This document shows, one piece after another, positions 9,452 through 20,757 of a stretch of DNA of 64,000 nt. Positions within the stretch are counted from its first letter, which is position 1; every line of letters starts with the position of its first letter. The notes under the pieces were generated by a model. That model did not search any database and was not told where the DNA came from. It saw only the letters and a program-made list of their open reading frames with translations. Made by a program: the position numbers and the translations under genes. This stretch comes from a candidate division FCPU426 bacterium (lineage in GTDB: Bacteria > Oederibacteriota > Muellerivitia > Muellerivitales > Muellerivitaceae), in the NCBI GenBank assembly GCA_963719085.1, contig CAVRAL010000001.1, positions 1,280,001-1,344,000 on the forward strand, given 5' to 3'.

Positions 9452-10642
9452 TCATTTTCCGGGCGATGAGTCCCGAAGACCCTCGTCGAGGAATTGTTTT
9501 TGGATCTCCCTCACCTTCTCATCGTTGAGGATAAGCGCGTTCACGCAATCCGCGTCCAGTTTGTCCACGGCGAGCTTTTTGAGCGCGGCATAGGCCTCCT
9601 CGTTGCTCCAAGCCCCCTTGTAGGACCGGACGCTGGTCAAGGCGTCAAAAATGTCGGCCACGGCCACGATCCGCGCTTCCAAGGGGATCTCCCCGCCTTT
9701 CAATCCCTTCGGATAACCCTTCCCGTCAAGCGTCTCATGATGGTACTGGGCGATGTTGCGAAGCAGGTCGAGTCCCTCCAGGTGCTCAAGCCCAAAGTTT
9801 TTCGCGATGTCCTCCACCATGGCCAGGCCGCGGGTGGTATGCGACATCATGAGTTCCCGCTCCTCGGGGGTCAGCGATCCCGGTTTTAAGAGCACCCGGT
9901 CGGGGATCCCGATCTTGCCCAGGTCGTGGAGCGGCGCGAACTCGAAGATACGGTCGATCATCCGGTCGTCGATGGAAGCGGCGCCCGAAGCGCCCAAGTG
10001 CGCCGCGATGAGCCGGGAATAGCGCGACATCCGGTCAATATGACCGCCGGTCTCCGGATCGCGGAAGTGGACCATACTGTCGGCGGTCCTTACCGCCGCC
10101 GCCAAAACCCGCACGGCCAGCATTTCGGACGCCACCAAGGCCCCGATGAGATGCCCATAAACATCCAGGAGCGGGAACCGGTCGGGCGTGAAGGCGTCCA
10201 ACCGGAAGGAATTGAAGAACACAAATCCCCAGAAAGAACCATCCTGGAAAATCGGGAGGGTATAACTGGACCGGAAACCGAGGCTCTGGATGGCCTGAGT
10301 GTGGAAATGCGCCCCCGAATGGAAAATCGCCAGGTCATTCACCACGCGGGGACGGCCCACGCTTAATATCTCCCGGAGGGCCGGCGAATCGGCCAGTTTG
10401 GAATCGTAGAAAACCAGGGTGTTCTTCGATTCACTGCTGGCGATGAAAGTTTTGAGCATATCCGTGGGCCGGTCATAACTCGCCACCGCGACCCGGTCCA
10501 CCGCGGAAAAGCCCGCCTTCAGGTGGGCATGAATGGCCTCAAGCTTCCGGCCCAGCGTCGCCGGGGTGTTGAGCAAACTCAAGGGGTCTTCATGGGGAAA
10601 GAGATTAGCCTGAGAGGCCGTGGTTTCAAGGCTCAAGAACAA
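9452..10642 (-). CDS. GAF + HD-GYP phosphodiesterase
   Basis: RDPETGGH, LHDLGKIGIPD, HHETLDGKGYP, AVADIFDALTS. Confidence 0.9.
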   Translation of the reverse strand: MFLSLETTASQANLFPHEDPLSLLNTPATLGRKLEAIHAHLKAGFSAVDRVAVASYDRPTDMLKTFIASSESKNTLVFYDSKLADSPALREILSVGRPRVVNDLAIFHSGAHFHTQAIQSLGFRSSYTLPIFQDGSFWGFVFFNSFRLDAFTPDRFPLLDVYGHLIGALVASEMLAVRVLAAAVRTADSMVHFRDPETGGHIDRMSRYSRLIAAHLGASGAASIDDRMIDRIFEFAPLHDLGKIGIPDRVLLKPGSLTPEERELMMSHTTRGLAMVEDIAKNFGLEHLEGLDLLRNIAQYHHETLDGKGYPKGLKGGEIPLEARIVAVADIFDALTSVRSYKGAWSNEEAYAALKKLAVDKLDADCVNALILNDEKVREIQKQFLDEGLRDSSPGK

Positions 10643-10803
10643 CTCCTTCCGCTTTTTTTACCCGCGCCTCTTTTGCGAATGGTGGCCCAAGCGATCGCCC
10701 AGGCCTTGTTTTTGGGGAGGCCTTTTTTCTCGTAGCCTTCCTCAATATGGGCGGCTTGTCGCCGTTCCTTGATGCTGTAATGGCGTTTGATCTTGGTTTT
10801 CAT
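10633..10803 (-). CDS. Small basic conserved hypothetical protein
   Basis: AGGAGG RBS; RQAAHIEEGYEKKG...AWAT pattern resembles a widespread small-protein family. Confidence 0.6.
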   Translation of the reverse strand: MKTKIKRHYSIKERRQAAHIEEGYEKKGLPKNKAWAIAWATIRKRGAGKKSGRSCS

Positions 10804-10873
10804 GGGCGCCTCCTTCATTCCTATTCGGATCGGTCTTCCTTAAATCCAGCTTACCACTATCGGATTCCGGCAA

Positions 10874-10889
10874 TATGACCCAGCGCATA
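10874..10889. promoter_or_regulatory. Crp/Fnr-type box (TATGA-N6-GCATA)
   Basis: TATGACCCAGCGCATA between divergent genes. Confidence 0.6.
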
Positions 10890-10946
10890 ACACCCACGCG
10901 CGCCCTATCCTATGCTTAACTCGTCGGTTAAAAACACCCAACAGGA

Positions 10947-11747
10947 GTGGACCCTATGGATTCCCATCAATTATTTGACATCTCAGGCAAGGCCGCCATC
11001 GTCACCGGCGGGGCTTTAGGCATCGGATTCGGCATCGTGGAACGCTTGGTCAAAGCCGGCGTGGAAGTCTTGGTGGTGGACACGAACGAGCAAGCGCTGG
11101 CGGATGTCCCCAACCGCCTTAAAGAGGGAAAGGTACGCACCCTGGGATTGGATGTTTCGAAGGAGGACGGCTGGGATAAGGCCGTCAAAGCCTGCGTGAG
11201 TGATTTCGGCAAGCTGGACATTCTGGTCAACAACGCCGGTATCTATCCTCAAGTGCCCATGCTGAAAATGGACCCCGCGGTTTTCGACAAGGTCTACGCC
11301 GTTAATCTAAAAGGTTTGGCTTTCCTTTCCAAGGCCGCGGCCCTGCAGATGATCAAGCAAGGCCGCGGAGGCCGCATCATCAACATCGCCTCGATCGACA
11401 GCCTGCATCCTTCCATGGTGGGATTGGCGGCTTACGACTCTTCCAAGGGCGGGGTCTGGAGCTTCACCAAAAACTTCGCGGTGGAAGTGGCTCCCCACGG
11501 CATCCTGGTGAACGCCGTCGCGCCGGGCGGCATCACGACCGAAGGCGCTTCCAAACCTCTGGAAGGCAGCGGCATGACGGACGCCCAAATGAAGGCCCAG
11601 ATGGACGCTTTTATGGTTCGGATTCCGCTCAAACGCATGGGAGTCCCCGATGATATCGCCAAGGTGGTGCTTTTCCTGGCGTCCAGCGCGGCCGACTATA
11701 TGACCGGTTCTTTGGTGGTGGTGGACGGCGGCATGCTGCTCGCCTAA
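10947..11747 (+). CDS. SDR family oxidoreductase
   Basis: TGGALGIG, NNAG, YDSSK, VDGG. Confidence 0.92.
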   Translation: MDPMDSHQLFDISGKAAIVTGGALGIGFGIVERLVKAGVEVLVVDTNEQALADVPNRLKEGKVRTLGLDVSKEDGWDKAVKACVSDFGKLDILVNNAGIYPQVPMLKMDPAVFDKVYAVNLKGLAFLSKAAALQMIKQGRGGRIINIASIDSLHPSMVGLAAYDSSKGGVWSFTKNFAVEVAPHGILVNAVAPGGITTEGASKPLEGSGMTDAQMKAQMDAFMVRIPLKRMGVPDDIAKVVLFLASSAADYMTGSLVVVDGGMLLA

Positions 11748-11771
11748 AGATCGTCCAACAACTCCGGACGG

Positions 11772-12869
11772 CTAACCTTCGGCGCGTTGAAGCAATTCCC
11801 GAAGGATGGTTAAGTCTTCCCGGGCGCGGATCACCAGGATTTTGGTTTTGGAGTTTTTCGCCGAAATTTCCATGTCCGGGACCGCCGCGAGATTCGAGGT
11901 TTCATCCAGTCCAACACCCGCGTATGCCAAGGTGGAAATCAAATCCTGGCGCACCCGGGGCTGGTTTTCCCCGATGCCGCCCGTGAAAACCAAGGTATCC
12001 ATGCCGCCTAAGACCGCCATCATGGCGCCGATGGAGCGCCGGGCCGAAAGGATCAATTGCCCATAGGCCAGGATCGCCGACGACGAACCCTGATCCGCCG
12101 CGGCCATCACTTCCCTCAAATCGCCCGAGATGCCCGATACCCCAAGCAGCCCCGAGCCATGGGAAAGGGTTTCCAAAAGTTCTCGCGGTTTCAACCCGCC
12201 CCGTAGTTGAAGATGGAGCAGCAATCCGGCGTCGATGGAACCCGCCCGGGTGGACATCACCAGTCCTTCCAAAGGCGTGAAACCCATCGAGGTATCAATC
12301 GATCGGCCATTTTTGACCGCGGTAACGGAGGACCCGCTTCCCAAATGGCAGACCACCAAACGTTCCGGAACACGGCCCATCCATTCCGCCGCCCGCGCCG
12401 TCGAATAAGCCACGCTCAGACCGTGAAACCCAAAACGCCGGATCCCCCATTTTTTTATCCATTCGGGGGGCAAAGCGTATCCGGTGGTTTCGGGCAGGTT
12501 GGCGTGGAACGCGGTGTCGAAAGCGGCGAATTGGGGGAGGCCGGGGAACGCGCTCGTGATTTCGTCGATCCCTAAAAGCGCGGAACGCATATGCAGCGGA
12601 TCCAATTCCACCAAAGACTCCAATCGGGCCCGGGATTCCGGGTCGATCCGGATGGTCTTTTGAAACAACGCCCCCCCATGGACGATCCGGTGTCCCACGG
12701 CGTCCACCGGGGGAATTCCCCGCAACACGCCTCGGATGGTTTCTTGATCCTTGGGGTTCGCGCCGGTCAAGTTGCCCTGCCCCTCCAAGAGAACGCTCTC
12801 ATTGCCGGCGTCCAAAAGGGACCACTTCAAACTGCTCGAGCCGCAATTCAAGATGAGGACCTTTTTCAT
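11772..12869 (-). CDS. ackA: Acetate/propionate kinase
   Basis: [46 protein letters not shown] overlap with the xfp stop. Confidence 0.93.
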   Translation of the reverse strand: MKKVLILNCGSSSLKWSLLDAGNESVLLEGQGNLTGANPKDQETIRGVLRGIPPVDAVGHRIVHGGALFQKTIRIDPESRARLESLVELDPLHMRSALLGIDEITSAFPGLPQFAAFDTAFHANLPETTGYALPPEWIKKWGIRRFGFHGLSVAYSTARAAEWMGRVPERLVVCHLGSGSSVTAVKNGRSIDTSMGFTPLEGLVMSTRAGSIDAGLLLHLQLRGGLKPRELLETLSHGSGLLGVSGISGDLREVMAAADQGSSSAILAYGQLILSARRSIGAMMAVLGGMDTLVFTGGIGENQPRVRQDLISTLAYAGVGLDETSNLAAVPDMEISAKNSKTKILVIRAREDLTILRELLQRAEG

Positions 12870-15217
12870 TCGGCCCATCTCCAATTTTTAATCTCCGGCA
12901 AGTCGTCTCCCCGCTCTTGGATATAGTTTCCGTGCTCAAACAGCTTATCCATCATGATCTGCCGGATATGCGCCGCCCGCGGGGCCAGTTTCGGCACTTG
13001 GCGGGCCGCATCGATGACCAGGTGAAAACGGTCCAAATCATTGCGGACAGCCATGTCAAAAGGAGTCGTGGTGGTGCCCTCTTCTTTATATCCACGCACA
13101 TGTAGATTTGGATGATTGTTCCGGCGGTAGGTCAGCCGGTGGATGAGGAAGGGATATCCGTGGAAAGCGAAAAGGATCGGCTTATCCTTGGTGAATAACG
13201 CGTCAAAATCCTTGTCGTCCAGGCCATGGGGATGCTCGCTGGAAGGTTGGAGCTTCATGAGATCCACCACGTTGACGACCCGGACTTTCAAGTCCGGGGT
13301 TAGGGACCGGAGGATTTTCGCGGCCGCCAGGATTTCCAAAGTGGGCACGTCCCCGCAACAGGCCAGCACCACGTCGGGCTCCCCGCCTTCGTCCGACCCC
13401 GCCCATTCCCAAATCCCGATCCCCAAAGCGCAATGCTCCGCCGCCGCTTTCATGGGAAGCCATTGAGGCGCGGGCTGTTTCCCCGCCACGATCACATTGA
13501 CGTAATTACAGCTTCGGAGGCAATGGTCGGTCACCGAAAGAAGCGTATTGGCGTCCGGAGGCAGATAAACGCGGATCACCTCGGACTTTTTATTGACCAC
13601 ATGGTCGATAAAACCCGGGTCCTGGTGGCTGAATCCGTTATGGTCCTGGCGCCAAACGTGGGACGTCAGCAGATAGTTGAGCGAGGGAATGGGCCTGCGC
13701 CAGGGAAGATGCCGGGTAACCTTCAGCCACTTGGCGTGCTGGTTGAACATCGAGTCAATGATGTGGATGAAAGCCTCATAGCATGAAAAAAATCCATGAC
13801 GGCCCGTCAAAAGATAGCCTTCCAGCCAGCCCTCGCATTGGTGCTCGCTGAGCATTTCCATCACCCGGCCGTCTTGGGCCACGTGATCATCGGTTTTCAG
13901 GATTTGCGCCATCGATTCCCGGTTTGTCACCTCGAAAACGTCGCCCCAGCGGTTGGACGCGGTCTCATCCGGGCTGAAAACCCTGAAGTTGTCGGGGTTC
14001 ATTTTGAGGATGTCCCGGATAAAAGCGCCTTGCACCCGGGTGCCTTCAGCGTCGGCCGCTCCCGGAACTTTCACGTCCACCCCGTAGGCGCGGAAGTCCG
14101 GTAGTTCCAAGGGCTTCATCAACAATCCGCCGTTGGCGTTCGGATTGGCGCTCATCCGTCGGTTTCCCTTTGGAACTAATTCCCTCAACTCTTTTTTCAG
14201 GCAGCCTTTTTCATCGAAGAGTTCCCCGGGCCGATAGCTTTTCATCCAGCTTTCCAAAATTTGAATATGCTCGGGCCGGTCCATCTCGCCCATGGGCACC
14301 TGATGGGCGCGGAAAGTTCCCTCGATTTGAATTCCGTCCACTTGCCGGGGGCCCGTCCAGCCCTTGGGGCTGATCAGGATGATCATCGGCCAACGGGGCC
14401 TCTCCCGGGATTCGCCCGAGCGGGCCTTGCGTTGGATTTCCTTAATTTGGTCGAACACCCGGTCCAACGTTTTTGCCATGTCCCGGTGCATGGAAGCGGG
14501 ATCGGAGCCTTCCACGAAATAAGTCTCATACCCATAACCCAGGAAAAGGTTTTTCAGCTCTTCCCGTGAAATGCGCGCCAAGACCGTGGGACCGGCGATT
14601 TTGTATCCGTTCAAGTGCAGGATGGGCAGCACCGCCCCATCCCAGACGGGGTTTAAAAATTTGTTGGAGTGCCAGCTGGTGGCCATCGGTCCGGTTTCAG
14701 CCTCCCCATCCCCGACCACACAGGCCGCGATGAGGTTGGGATTGTCAAAAACCGCCCCGTAAGCGTGCGAAAGCGCGTAGCCCAATTCCCCGCCTTCGTG
14801 GATGGAACCGGGAGTCTCGGGCGAAACGTGGCTGGGAATTCCCCCGGGGAAAGAAAATTGCTTGAAAAGCCTTTGGAGCCCTTGTTCATCCTGGGTGATC
14901 CGGGGATAAATCTCACTATAGGTCCCTTCCAGGTAAGCGTTGGCCACCGCGGCGGGACCGCCATGCCCCGGCCCCGCGATGTAAATCATGTCGAGGTCCC
15001 TTTCGCCGATGAGCCGGTTGAGATGGGCGAATAGGAAGTTGAGCCCGGGGGTGGTCCCCCAATGGCCCAGGAGGCGGGGCTTAATATGCTCGCGGCTGAG
15101 GGGGATTTTAAGCAGCGGATTGTCGAGCAAATAAATTTGTCCGACCGAGAGATAATTGGCGGCGCGCCAATAAGCGTCTATTTTCGATAGGGTTTCAAGG
15201 TTTATTTCGGCGGCCAT
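12866..15217 (-). CDS. xfp: Phosphoketolase (Xfp/Xpk)
   Basis: [59 protein letters not shown]. Confidence 0.96.
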   Translation of the reverse strand: MAAEINLETLSKIDAYWRAANYLSVGQIYLLDNPLLKIPLSREHIKPRLLGHWGTTPGLNFLFAHLNRLIGERDLDMIYIAGPGHGGPAAVANAYLEGTYSEIYPRITQDEQGLQRLFKQFSFPGGIPSHVSPETPGSIHEGGELGYALSHAYGAVFDNPNLIAACVVGDGEAETGPMATSWHSNKFLNPVWDGAVLPILHLNGYKIAGPTVLARISREELKNLFLGYGYETYFVEGSDPASMHRDMAKTLDRVFDQIKEIQRKARSGESRERPRWPMIILISPKGWTGPRQVDGIQIEGTFRAHQVPMGEMDRPEHIQILESWMKSYRPGELFDEKGCLKKELRELVPKGNRRMSANPNANGGLLMKPLELPDFRAYGVDVKVPGAADAEGTRVQGAFIRDILKMNPDNFRVFSPDETASNRWGDVFEVTNRESMAQILKTDDHVAQDGRVMEMLSEHQCEGWLEGYLLTGRHGFFSCYEAFIHIIDSMFNQHAKWLKVTRHLPWRRPIPSLNYLLTSHVWRQDHNGFSHQDPGFIDHVVNKKSEVIRVYLPPDANTLLSVTDHCLRSCNYVNVIVAGKQPAPQWLPMKAAAEHCALGIGIWEWAGSDEGGEPDVVLACCGDVPTLEILAAAKILRSLTPDLKVRVVNVVDLMKLQPSSEHPHGLDDKDFDALFTKDKPILFAFHGYPFLIHRLTYRRNNHPNLHVRGYKEEGTTTTPFDMAVRNDLDRFHLVIDAARQVPKLAPRAAHIRQIMMDKLFEHGNYIQERGDDLPEIKNWRWAE

Positions 15218-15257
15218 AAAACAAGCCTCCTGTCCAAAACGATTAACCGGCGCTGCG

Positions 15258-15704
15258 TCAATCAGCCCGCAAATCCAGGTTTCCCAGATCATATAAACAA
15301 TGCGGATCGGGATAGGTCATGGACGAATAGACAATGCCCAGTTCGGCCAATCCTTGGACCGTAAAAATTTTAAATATTTCAGCCGCGCGGTCCGCCCCGG
15401 CGAAAACGGCGATCGGCGCGTCTTTGTTCATCAGAATCAATGTAGGAAATTGATCAACCGCGTGGGCCTTCGCGATAGGAGCATAGCGGGCGCAGTCTAA
15501 AATTCCTACCCGGACAATCTTTTCCCATTTTTCCAGAAAACCCGCCGAATGGATGCTTTGCCGGAAATCCGCCTCATCCAGGGGCATTTCAAAATCCACC
15601 AAGGTGAGCCGGCCGGATTTTTTAATTTCTTCCGCCCAATTTTCATCCGTCAAAATTTCAATCATGTCGAGTCTCCTAAATCCCTCAGCTGGCCTGGTTT
15701 TCAC
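15258..15704 (-). CDS. Thioredoxin-like protein without CxxC
   Basis: LTDENW...LVDF...VDQFPTLIL Trx pattern; true start probably the internal MIEIL. Confidence 0.65.
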   Translation of the reverse strand: MKTRPAEGFRRLDMIEILTDENWAEEIKKSGRLTLVDFEMPLDEADFRQSIHSAGFLEKWEKIVRVGILDCARYAPIAKAHAVDQFPTLILMNKDAPIAVFAGADRAAEIFKIFTVQGLAELGIVYSSMTYPDPHCLYDLGNLDLRAD

Positions 15705-16032
15705 CCGGATCTTGGCGCTCCATCAGCCACTCCTTCATCATTTCGACCCGCCGGGACCCGCCAAAAGCCTTGACCAGATGCCCGGCTTGGAAAAGCGCCA
15801 GGGTCGGAAACTCTTGTATCCGATATTGAAAAACCACCTTCGTAAAGCGGGCCACATCCACGCATCCAATCCTCACCAAATCCAGCCATTCCTCGCGGAG
15901 TTGCACCAAGCTTTGGCTTTGGAAAAGGTCGGGATCGCACCAAGGCGCGCGAAAATCGACCAACACCGGTTCCTCCGCGTCCAAAACCTGCCCGGCCCAA
16001 TTTTCCGCGCCGAACTTTTCTATCGATTCCAC
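15685..16032 (-). CDS. Thioredoxin-like protein with single active-site Cys (WCDPD)
   Basis: PVLVDFRAPWC...VDV...YRIQEFPTLALF. Confidence 0.75.
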   Translation of the reverse strand: MESIEKFGAENWAGQVLDAEEPVLVDFRAPWCDPDLFQSQSLVQLREEWLDLVRIGCVDVARFTKVVFQYRIQEFPTLALFQAGHLVKAFGGSRRVEMMKEWLMERQDPGENQAS

Positions 16033-16202
16033 GAAAGAGCCCCCTCGCCGCTTTTCCCGCCGGCCGGCTTGACCCGCTCGAAATGGGCGATTAAAAACAA
16101 GGGATTGGAAAATCGGATGCGGGGGGCCGCGGATGACGCCATCGCCCTCAACCGCCCCGAGGATAAAACAGGTTGATGTTTTTTATTTTTCACTTGTTCC
16201 AT
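16020..16202 (-). CDS. Small hypothetical protein
   Basis: AGGAGG RBS; fills the gap within the operon. Confidence 0.4.
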   Translation of the reverse strand: MEQVKNKKHQPVLSSGRLRAMASSAAPRIRFSNPLFLIAHFERVKPAGGKSGEGALSWNR

Positions 16203-16247
16203 CGCCAGCCTCCTTTGATTTCAAGATGTTTCCCGGATGATTTCCGC

Positions 16248-16967
16248 TTAGTTTTCGCCCAGCCGATCCGTCAATTCATCCAAATCCGGAATCGTGATCT
16301 TTCCCCGTTCCGTGGCGACCAGGCCTTCTTCTTCCAGTTTGGAAAAGGTGCGGATGGAAGTTTCCACGGTCGTCCCCACCATCTCGGCGATTTCACGGCG
16401 GGTTAAGGGAATGGTCGGGCCGAACTCCCCGGTCAAATCCACCAAAACCCGTAGGATCCGCTTCTCAACGCTTTCCTGCTCAAACACCTGGGCTTCCATC
16501 GAATGGCGCAGGCGACCGGACAATTGAATCGCCAATTTTGAGGCCAAAGCCTGGTTTTTCGAAAGGATCGAAAGAAAATCATCCATCGGACAAGACACCA
16601 CGGTGACATCGCTTTCCGCGAGCGCCTGGCACACATAATGACCCTTCCCCAAAGAACAACAGGAACCGAACATTTTCCCGGGCCCCACCAGACAGAGCGT
16701 CTGGCACCGGCCGCTGGCCGCGTGGGTTTGGGTTTTTACATGGCCCGACTTGACGAACCAAACAAATTCGGCCGGATCGCCTTCCAAAAGGATTGATTCG
16801 TGCTTGGCGAATTTTTTCTCCACCAAACACCGGCCCAATTCAGCCAGATGGGTCGGCGGAAGACCCTCAAAAATATCCATGGAGGCCAAAAAACTTTTCG
16901 GCATGGTTGGGCGGACCGCTTGGTTCTTTTCGATCGTCTTCATTTTCTTCCCCCTTGGGACCTTCAT
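16248..16967 (-). CDS. Crp/Fnr family transcriptional regulator, Cys-rich effector domain
   Basis: cNMP-like barrel (EGDPA..VKSG), C-terminal HTH LTRREIAEMVGTTVETSIRTFSKL. Confidence 0.92.
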   Translation of the reverse strand: MKVPRGKKMKTIEKNQAVRPTMPKSFLASMDIFEGLPPTHLAELGRCLVEKKFAKHESILLEGDPAEFVWFVKSGHVKTQTHAASGRCQTLCLVGPGKMFGSCCSLGKGHYVCQALAESDVTVVSCPMDDFLSILSKNQALASKLAIQLSGRLRHSMEAQVFEQESVEKRILRVLVDLTGEFGPTIPLTRREIAEMVGTTVETSIRTFSKLEEEGLVATERGKITIPDLDELTDRLGEN

Positions 16968-17398
16968 AAAAGTGTTTGGGGGGACTTCCCGTCCCCCCGC
17001 AAATATTGCGAAATCAATAGCGGCAAAAAAACAGTGTCGATCGGTTTGGTGAAATAACCGTTGCAGCCGGCTTCCTGAGCCCGCGTTTCCTGGCCCTTTA
17101 AATCGTAGGAGGTCACGATCAGGATGATGATGTCGCGGGTTTTGGGATCGGCCTTCAGTTGGCGGGTCAGCTCAATGCCGTCTTCCCCCGGCATCTGCAA
17201 ATCCATAAGAATGAGTTCCGGTTGAAAGCCCTCGAGCCTTCTCAAGGCCTCGTCCGAACTCTGGGCGGTTTCCACTTGATAACCTTCCAGTTCCAACAAA
17301 AGACGGGCCAATTTCAAATTCATGGGGTTGTCATCCACGATCAAAATCGGCTCCTGCCCGCTCTTTTTGAAATCTTCCGAAACAACCATGGTTGTCAC
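16964..17398 (-). CDS. Single-domain response regulator (DivK/CheY-like)
   Basis: ILIVDDN, MDLQMP, GCNGYFTKP. Confidence 0.9.
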   Translation of the reverse strand: MTTMVVSEDFKKSGQEPILIVDDNPMNLKLARLLLELEGYQVETAQSSDEALRRLEGFQPELILMDLQMPGEDGIELTRQLKADPKTRDIIILIVTSYDLKGQETRAQEAGCNGYFTKPIDTVFLPLLISQYLRGDGKSPQTLL

Positions 17399-17415
17399 CT
17401 CTTGGCTTCATTAAG

Positions 17416-17430
17416 GCAATGGTTGTGCCA
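17416..17430 (-). promoter_or_regulatory. Sigma54 promoter (-24/-12)
   Basis: Minus strand TGGCAC-AACCA-TTGC just upstream of the RR-Crp/Fnr-trx-xfp-ackA gene run. Confidence 0.8.
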
Positions 17431-17489
17431 GTCAAAAGCGGTGTAAAACGGGCCTTTATTTGAGTCGGGGCGGGGGGAAACAACCCCGG

Positions 17490-17507
17490 TATGGCGCCCA
17501 CGCCATA
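17490..17507. promoter_or_regulatory. Candidate enhancer (UAS) for a sigma54 activator
   Basis: Palindrome TATGGCG-CCCA-CGCCATA, 60 bp from the -24 element. Confidence 0.65.
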
Positions 17508-17562
17508 GCGGACCCGCCAGGGGCGCATCGACCGGCAACCGCTTCGGCGCCCTTTGCGCCTT

Positions 17563-17578
17563 TATGACCGCGGTCATA
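17563..17578. promoter_or_regulatory. Crp/Fnr-type box
   Basis: Perfect palindrome TATGACCGCGGTCATA. Confidence 0.75.
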
Positions 17579-17634
17579 GGGGCAAAAGCGCCCGGGCGTT
17601 AAATTGAAATCATGGAAGGGACAGGAGAGACATC

Positions 17635-17847
17635 ATGCGAAACCAAAAAACCATCATCGAGGAATACTTCACCCAACGATTAAAACTAAGACGGGAACGC
17701 CTGGCCCACCATTTGACGGCGCCGTTGGAGCTCAATTTCTATTTTCAATCCACGCCGATCCCGGACAAGTGCCCCAAGATCGACGATACCCCAGCGGACG
17801 AAAGGAGCCATTCATGGACGCCCAAATCGAAAAACCCGGGTGGGTGA
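17635..17847 (+). CDS. Small hypothetical protein
   Basis: AGGAG RBS, ~57 bp downstream of the Crp/Fnr box; overlaps the next gene. Confidence 0.4.
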   Translation: MRNQKTIIEEYFTQRLKLRRERLAHHLTAPLELNFYFQSTPIPDKCPKIDDTPADERSHSWTPKSKNPGG

Positions 17848-18086
17848 AAAACCTCACCCCGGAGTCCGAATTATTCGTTGATATGAACCGCTTCCTGCGT
17901 TACGGATTGGAATCCTTGCCCGAAGTGGAAAATCTTTTGAAAGAACTTCGGCCCTGCCAGGTCCTGCACCTTTGCGCCTTGAAAGAACCTACCATATTGG
18001 ATGACATGTTGCGGTTGAGGGGCTATGAGAGTTTCGCCGAATATAAGGATAAGAGTTGGCATCTCTATTTCAAAAAATGTCTCTAA
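17814..18086 (+). CDS. DUF2249/TusA-like small protein
   Basis: AAGGAG RBS; LKELRPCQVLHL..EPTILDDMLRLRGYE...WHLYFKK pattern. Confidence 0.6.
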   Translation: MDAQIEKPGWVKNLTPESELFVDMNRFLRYGLESLPEVENLLKELRPCQVLHLCALKEPTILDDMLRLRGYESFAEYKDKSWHLYFKKCL

Positions 18087-18102
18087 AGCACGGAGGCCGC
18101 CA

Positions 18103-18738
18103 ATGAACCATCAATTGCTGGCCCGTTATGGTTGGATCCTTATCCTACGGGGGGCCTTCGGACTTCTTCTGGGAGCGGCCGCCGGCGCCCTTGGATTATC
18201 CTTAGCCGGGTATCCCGCTGTTTTTTGGGGACACCCCTTATGGTTTCATTCCCTTTGGGTGCTTTCGGACCTCATCCTGATCTTGGGCCTTTACGCCCTG
18301 ATGGACGGTTTTTTCTGTGTCCTATTCGGAACCCGCCAGGACGGCAGCGGACGGTATTGGTGGGCCTTTATCGTGGAGGGCTTGGGCGGCATCGCCTTGG
18401 GAACCTTGACCCTACTGCGCCCGGAGATAAGCCTGTCGTGGTTATTGCGGTGGATCGCCTTTTGGGCCCTGGCCACCGGACTTCTGGAAATGAACCAAGC
18501 CCTTTCCTTCGCCGAGTACCGCGAGAGACGTTGGCCCCTCTTGATCGCAGGGGCGCTTTCCGTTTTGTTCGGTTTCGGGCTGGTCTTTTTCGACCTTCCG
18601 GCGCTGGCATTGATCGGCTGGGTGTCGGGCTACGCCATCGGGTTCGGCGCCTGCTTGTTTTATCTCGGGATACGCCTGCGGGTGTTTTTCAACCGTTACC
18701 GGCGCCAAAACGAAAGGCATGCCGCGTCCCTGACTTGA
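18103..18738 (+). CDS. HdeD family membrane protein
   Basis: WILILRG, GLYALMDG, IAFWALATGLLE; about six TMs. Confidence 0.8.
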   Translation: MNHQLLARYGWILILRGAFGLLLGAAAGALGLSLAGYPAVFWGHPLWFHSLWVLSDLILILGLYALMDGFFCVLFGTRQDGSGRYWWAFIVEGLGGIALGTLTLLRPEISLSWLLRWIAFWALATGLLEMNQALSFAEYRERRWPLLIAGALSVLFGFGLVFFDLPALALIGWVSGYAIGFGACLFYLGIRLRVFFNRYRRQNERHAASLT

Positions 18739-18766
18739 GTCCATCAAAAAAAATAAGGAGTTGAAT

Positions 18767-18940
18767 ATGCGCGCCCGTTCCAAAACAAAAACCGCTTCAC
18801 CCAATAAAAAACAACCCCGCCGGAAATTACCCAAAACCCCCGAGGCCGACCAAGCGCCGGAAGTCCGGCGCGTCCTTTCTTCCGAGGACGATGAGCGGAT
18901 CCTGGAGAATGTTCTGGACCAGGATCCTGAAAGGGCCTGA
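18767..18940 (+). CDS. 57-aa hypothetical protein (basic N-half, acidic C-half)
   Basis: Below the ORF-track cutoff; TAAGGAG RBS; MRARSKTKTASPNKKQPRRK...DQDPERA. Confidence 0.5.
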   Translation: MRARSKTKTASPNKKQPRRKLPKTPEADQAPEVRRVLSSEDDERILENVLDQDPERA

Positions 18941-18941
18941 G

Positions 18942-20339
18942 CTAAGCGCCGGGATCCTGGAGTCCGTATTTTTTGATCTTCACATGGAGCGTTTTATAGT
19001 CGGTCTTGAGGATCTTGGCCGCTTGGCTTTTGTTGCCGCTGGTTGATTTTAGGACGCTCCGGATCGCCTGTTTTTCCGATTCTTCCACGGCCCGCTCGGC
19101 GATTTGCTTGAGGGATTGCCCCGGCAAGACCGGCACTTCCACCGGGCCCGGCGATTCCGCGGGGCTTTTGGACTTGCCCAAAAGGCTTTTCACCTGCTCG
19201 GCATGGAGAGTGGTGTCCGGGGTCAACAACACGGCCTGACGGATCACGTTGCGAAGCTCACGGATATTTCCCGGCCAAGCGTGGGCCAAAAGCCTTTCTT
19301 CCGCCTCCGGCGCGATGCCGGTGACGGTTTTTTTGAGCTCGGCGGACGCCTCTTCCCGGAACCGTCCGGCCAAAATCGGGATATCCTGCCGCCTTTCCCT
19401 TAAGGGCGGGATTTGAACCGTGAATTCCGCCAACCGGTAATAAAGGTCCAGCCGGAAACGCCCCGCCTTCGCTTCCGCTTCCAAAGGCGCGTTGGTGGCG
19501 GCGACAAAACGAACGTCGATCGATTTTGTTTTTTCAGCCCCCACGGATTTCACTTGCCTTTCCTGTAAAACCCGGAGCAGTTTGGCTTGAAGACCCAGGG
19601 GTAGGTTTCCAATTTCATCCAAGAACAGGGTGCCGCCCTCGGCTAGGACCAATTGCCCCTCCTTGCGCCGGTCCGCGCCGGTGAAGGCGCCTTTCTCGTG
19701 CCCGAAGAGTTCGGATTCCAAAAGGGTTTCGGTCAGCGCGCCGCAATCCACGGCGATGAAGGGCCCCTGATGCCGCGAGCTTTCTTCATGCAGGGCCCGG
19801 GCCGTCAATTCTTTGCCCGCCCCGGTCTCGCCCTGGATCAAAACCGTCATGGAGGAAGCCGCCACTTTGCGGATTTGATCGACTAAGTCCCTCAAACCCG
19901 GGCTGGTCCCGCCCATGCGGGAAAGCGCCGGACCCTTGCCGGCCTTTTGGCGGAGCTCCTCCATTTGGGACAACATCTCGTTTTTTTCCAGCGCATGGCC
20001 CAAAGTCAAAAGCAGGTGGTCGTTCTCGAACGGTTTGGTTAAATAATCGTAGGCCCCGGCCCGGGTGGCCTCGACGGCTTTTTGAACGTCCGTCACGCCC
20101 GTCAACATGAGAACGGGCAATTGGGGCCGGGATTGATGAAGCTCCGCCAATACTTCCAAGCCGCTCATATCCGGAAGCTGGAGGTCCAGGATGACGGCCT
20201 CCACCGAAGCCACCGCGCGCTCGATTCCCAAGCGGCCCGTTTCCGCCGTGATCACCTCGTAACCGGCCACCTTGCCCAAAAGGGTCTGAAGCAGGCGCCG
20301 CTCGATGGGATCGTCATCCACCACCAATATTTTTTTCAT
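18942..20339 (-). CDS. Sigma54-dependent response regulator (NtrC/AtoC family)
   Basis: REC domain, [28 protein letters not shown], Fis-type HTH. Confidence 0.95.
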   Translation of the reverse strand: MKKILVVDDDPIERRLLQTLLGKVAGYEVITAETGRLGIERAVASVEAVILDLQLPDMSGLEVLAELHQSRPQLPVLMLTGVTDVQKAVEATRAGAYDYLTKPFENDHLLLTLGHALEKNEMLSQMEELRQKAGKGPALSRMGGTSPGLRDLVDQIRKVAASSMTVLIQGETGAGKELTARALHEESSRHQGPFIAVDCGALTETLLESELFGHEKGAFTGADRRKEGQLVLAEGGTLFLDEIGNLPLGLQAKLLRVLQERQVKSVGAEKTKSIDVRFVAATNAPLEAEAKAGRFRLDLYYRLAEFTVQIPPLRERRQDIPILAGRFREEASAELKKTVTGIAPEAEERLLAHAWPGNIRELRNVIRQAVLLTPDTTLHAEQVKSLLGKSKSPAESPGPVEVPVLPGQSLKQIAERAVEESEKQAIRSVLKSTSGNKSQAAKILKTDYKTLHVKIKKYGLQDPGA

Positions 20340-20385
20340 GGAACCATCCGGATTAAAGAATGAACAAAGTCCGAGGACTATTAAA

Positions 20386-20757
20386 TCAGGTTTCCAGGTA
20401 TCGCGCGATGATTTGGGGAAAAGCCTGGACATCGATCGGTTTGGGGATATAACCGTCGCATCCCGCCGCTGTTATTTTTTCCTCATCCCCCTTCATGGCG
20501 TAAGCCGTCAGGGCCACGATTTGGATGGCTTTTGTGTCCGGAGCGGCCTTCAGCCTCCGGGTCAATTCAAGACCGTCCATGCCCGGCAATTGGATATCCA
20601 TGAGGATCAGCCGGGGTTTGAAAGCTTGAAGCGTCTTCAGGGCCTCTTCGGCGTCGGGGACCGTCCTTACCTCATAGCCTTCTTTTTGAAGAAGGACGCG
20701 GGCTAGTTTCAAGTTGATGGGATTATCATCCACAATCAGGATCGGTTCACCGGCCAT
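20386..20757 (-). CDS. Single-domain response regulator (DivK-like)
   Basis: [29 protein letters not shown]. Confidence 0.92.
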   Translation of the reverse strand: MAGEPILIVDDNPINLKLARVLLQKEGYEVRTVPDAEEALKTLQAFKPRLILMDIQLPGMDGLELTRRLKAAPDTKAIQIVALTAYAMKGDEEKITAAGCDGYIPKPIDVQAFPQIIARYLET

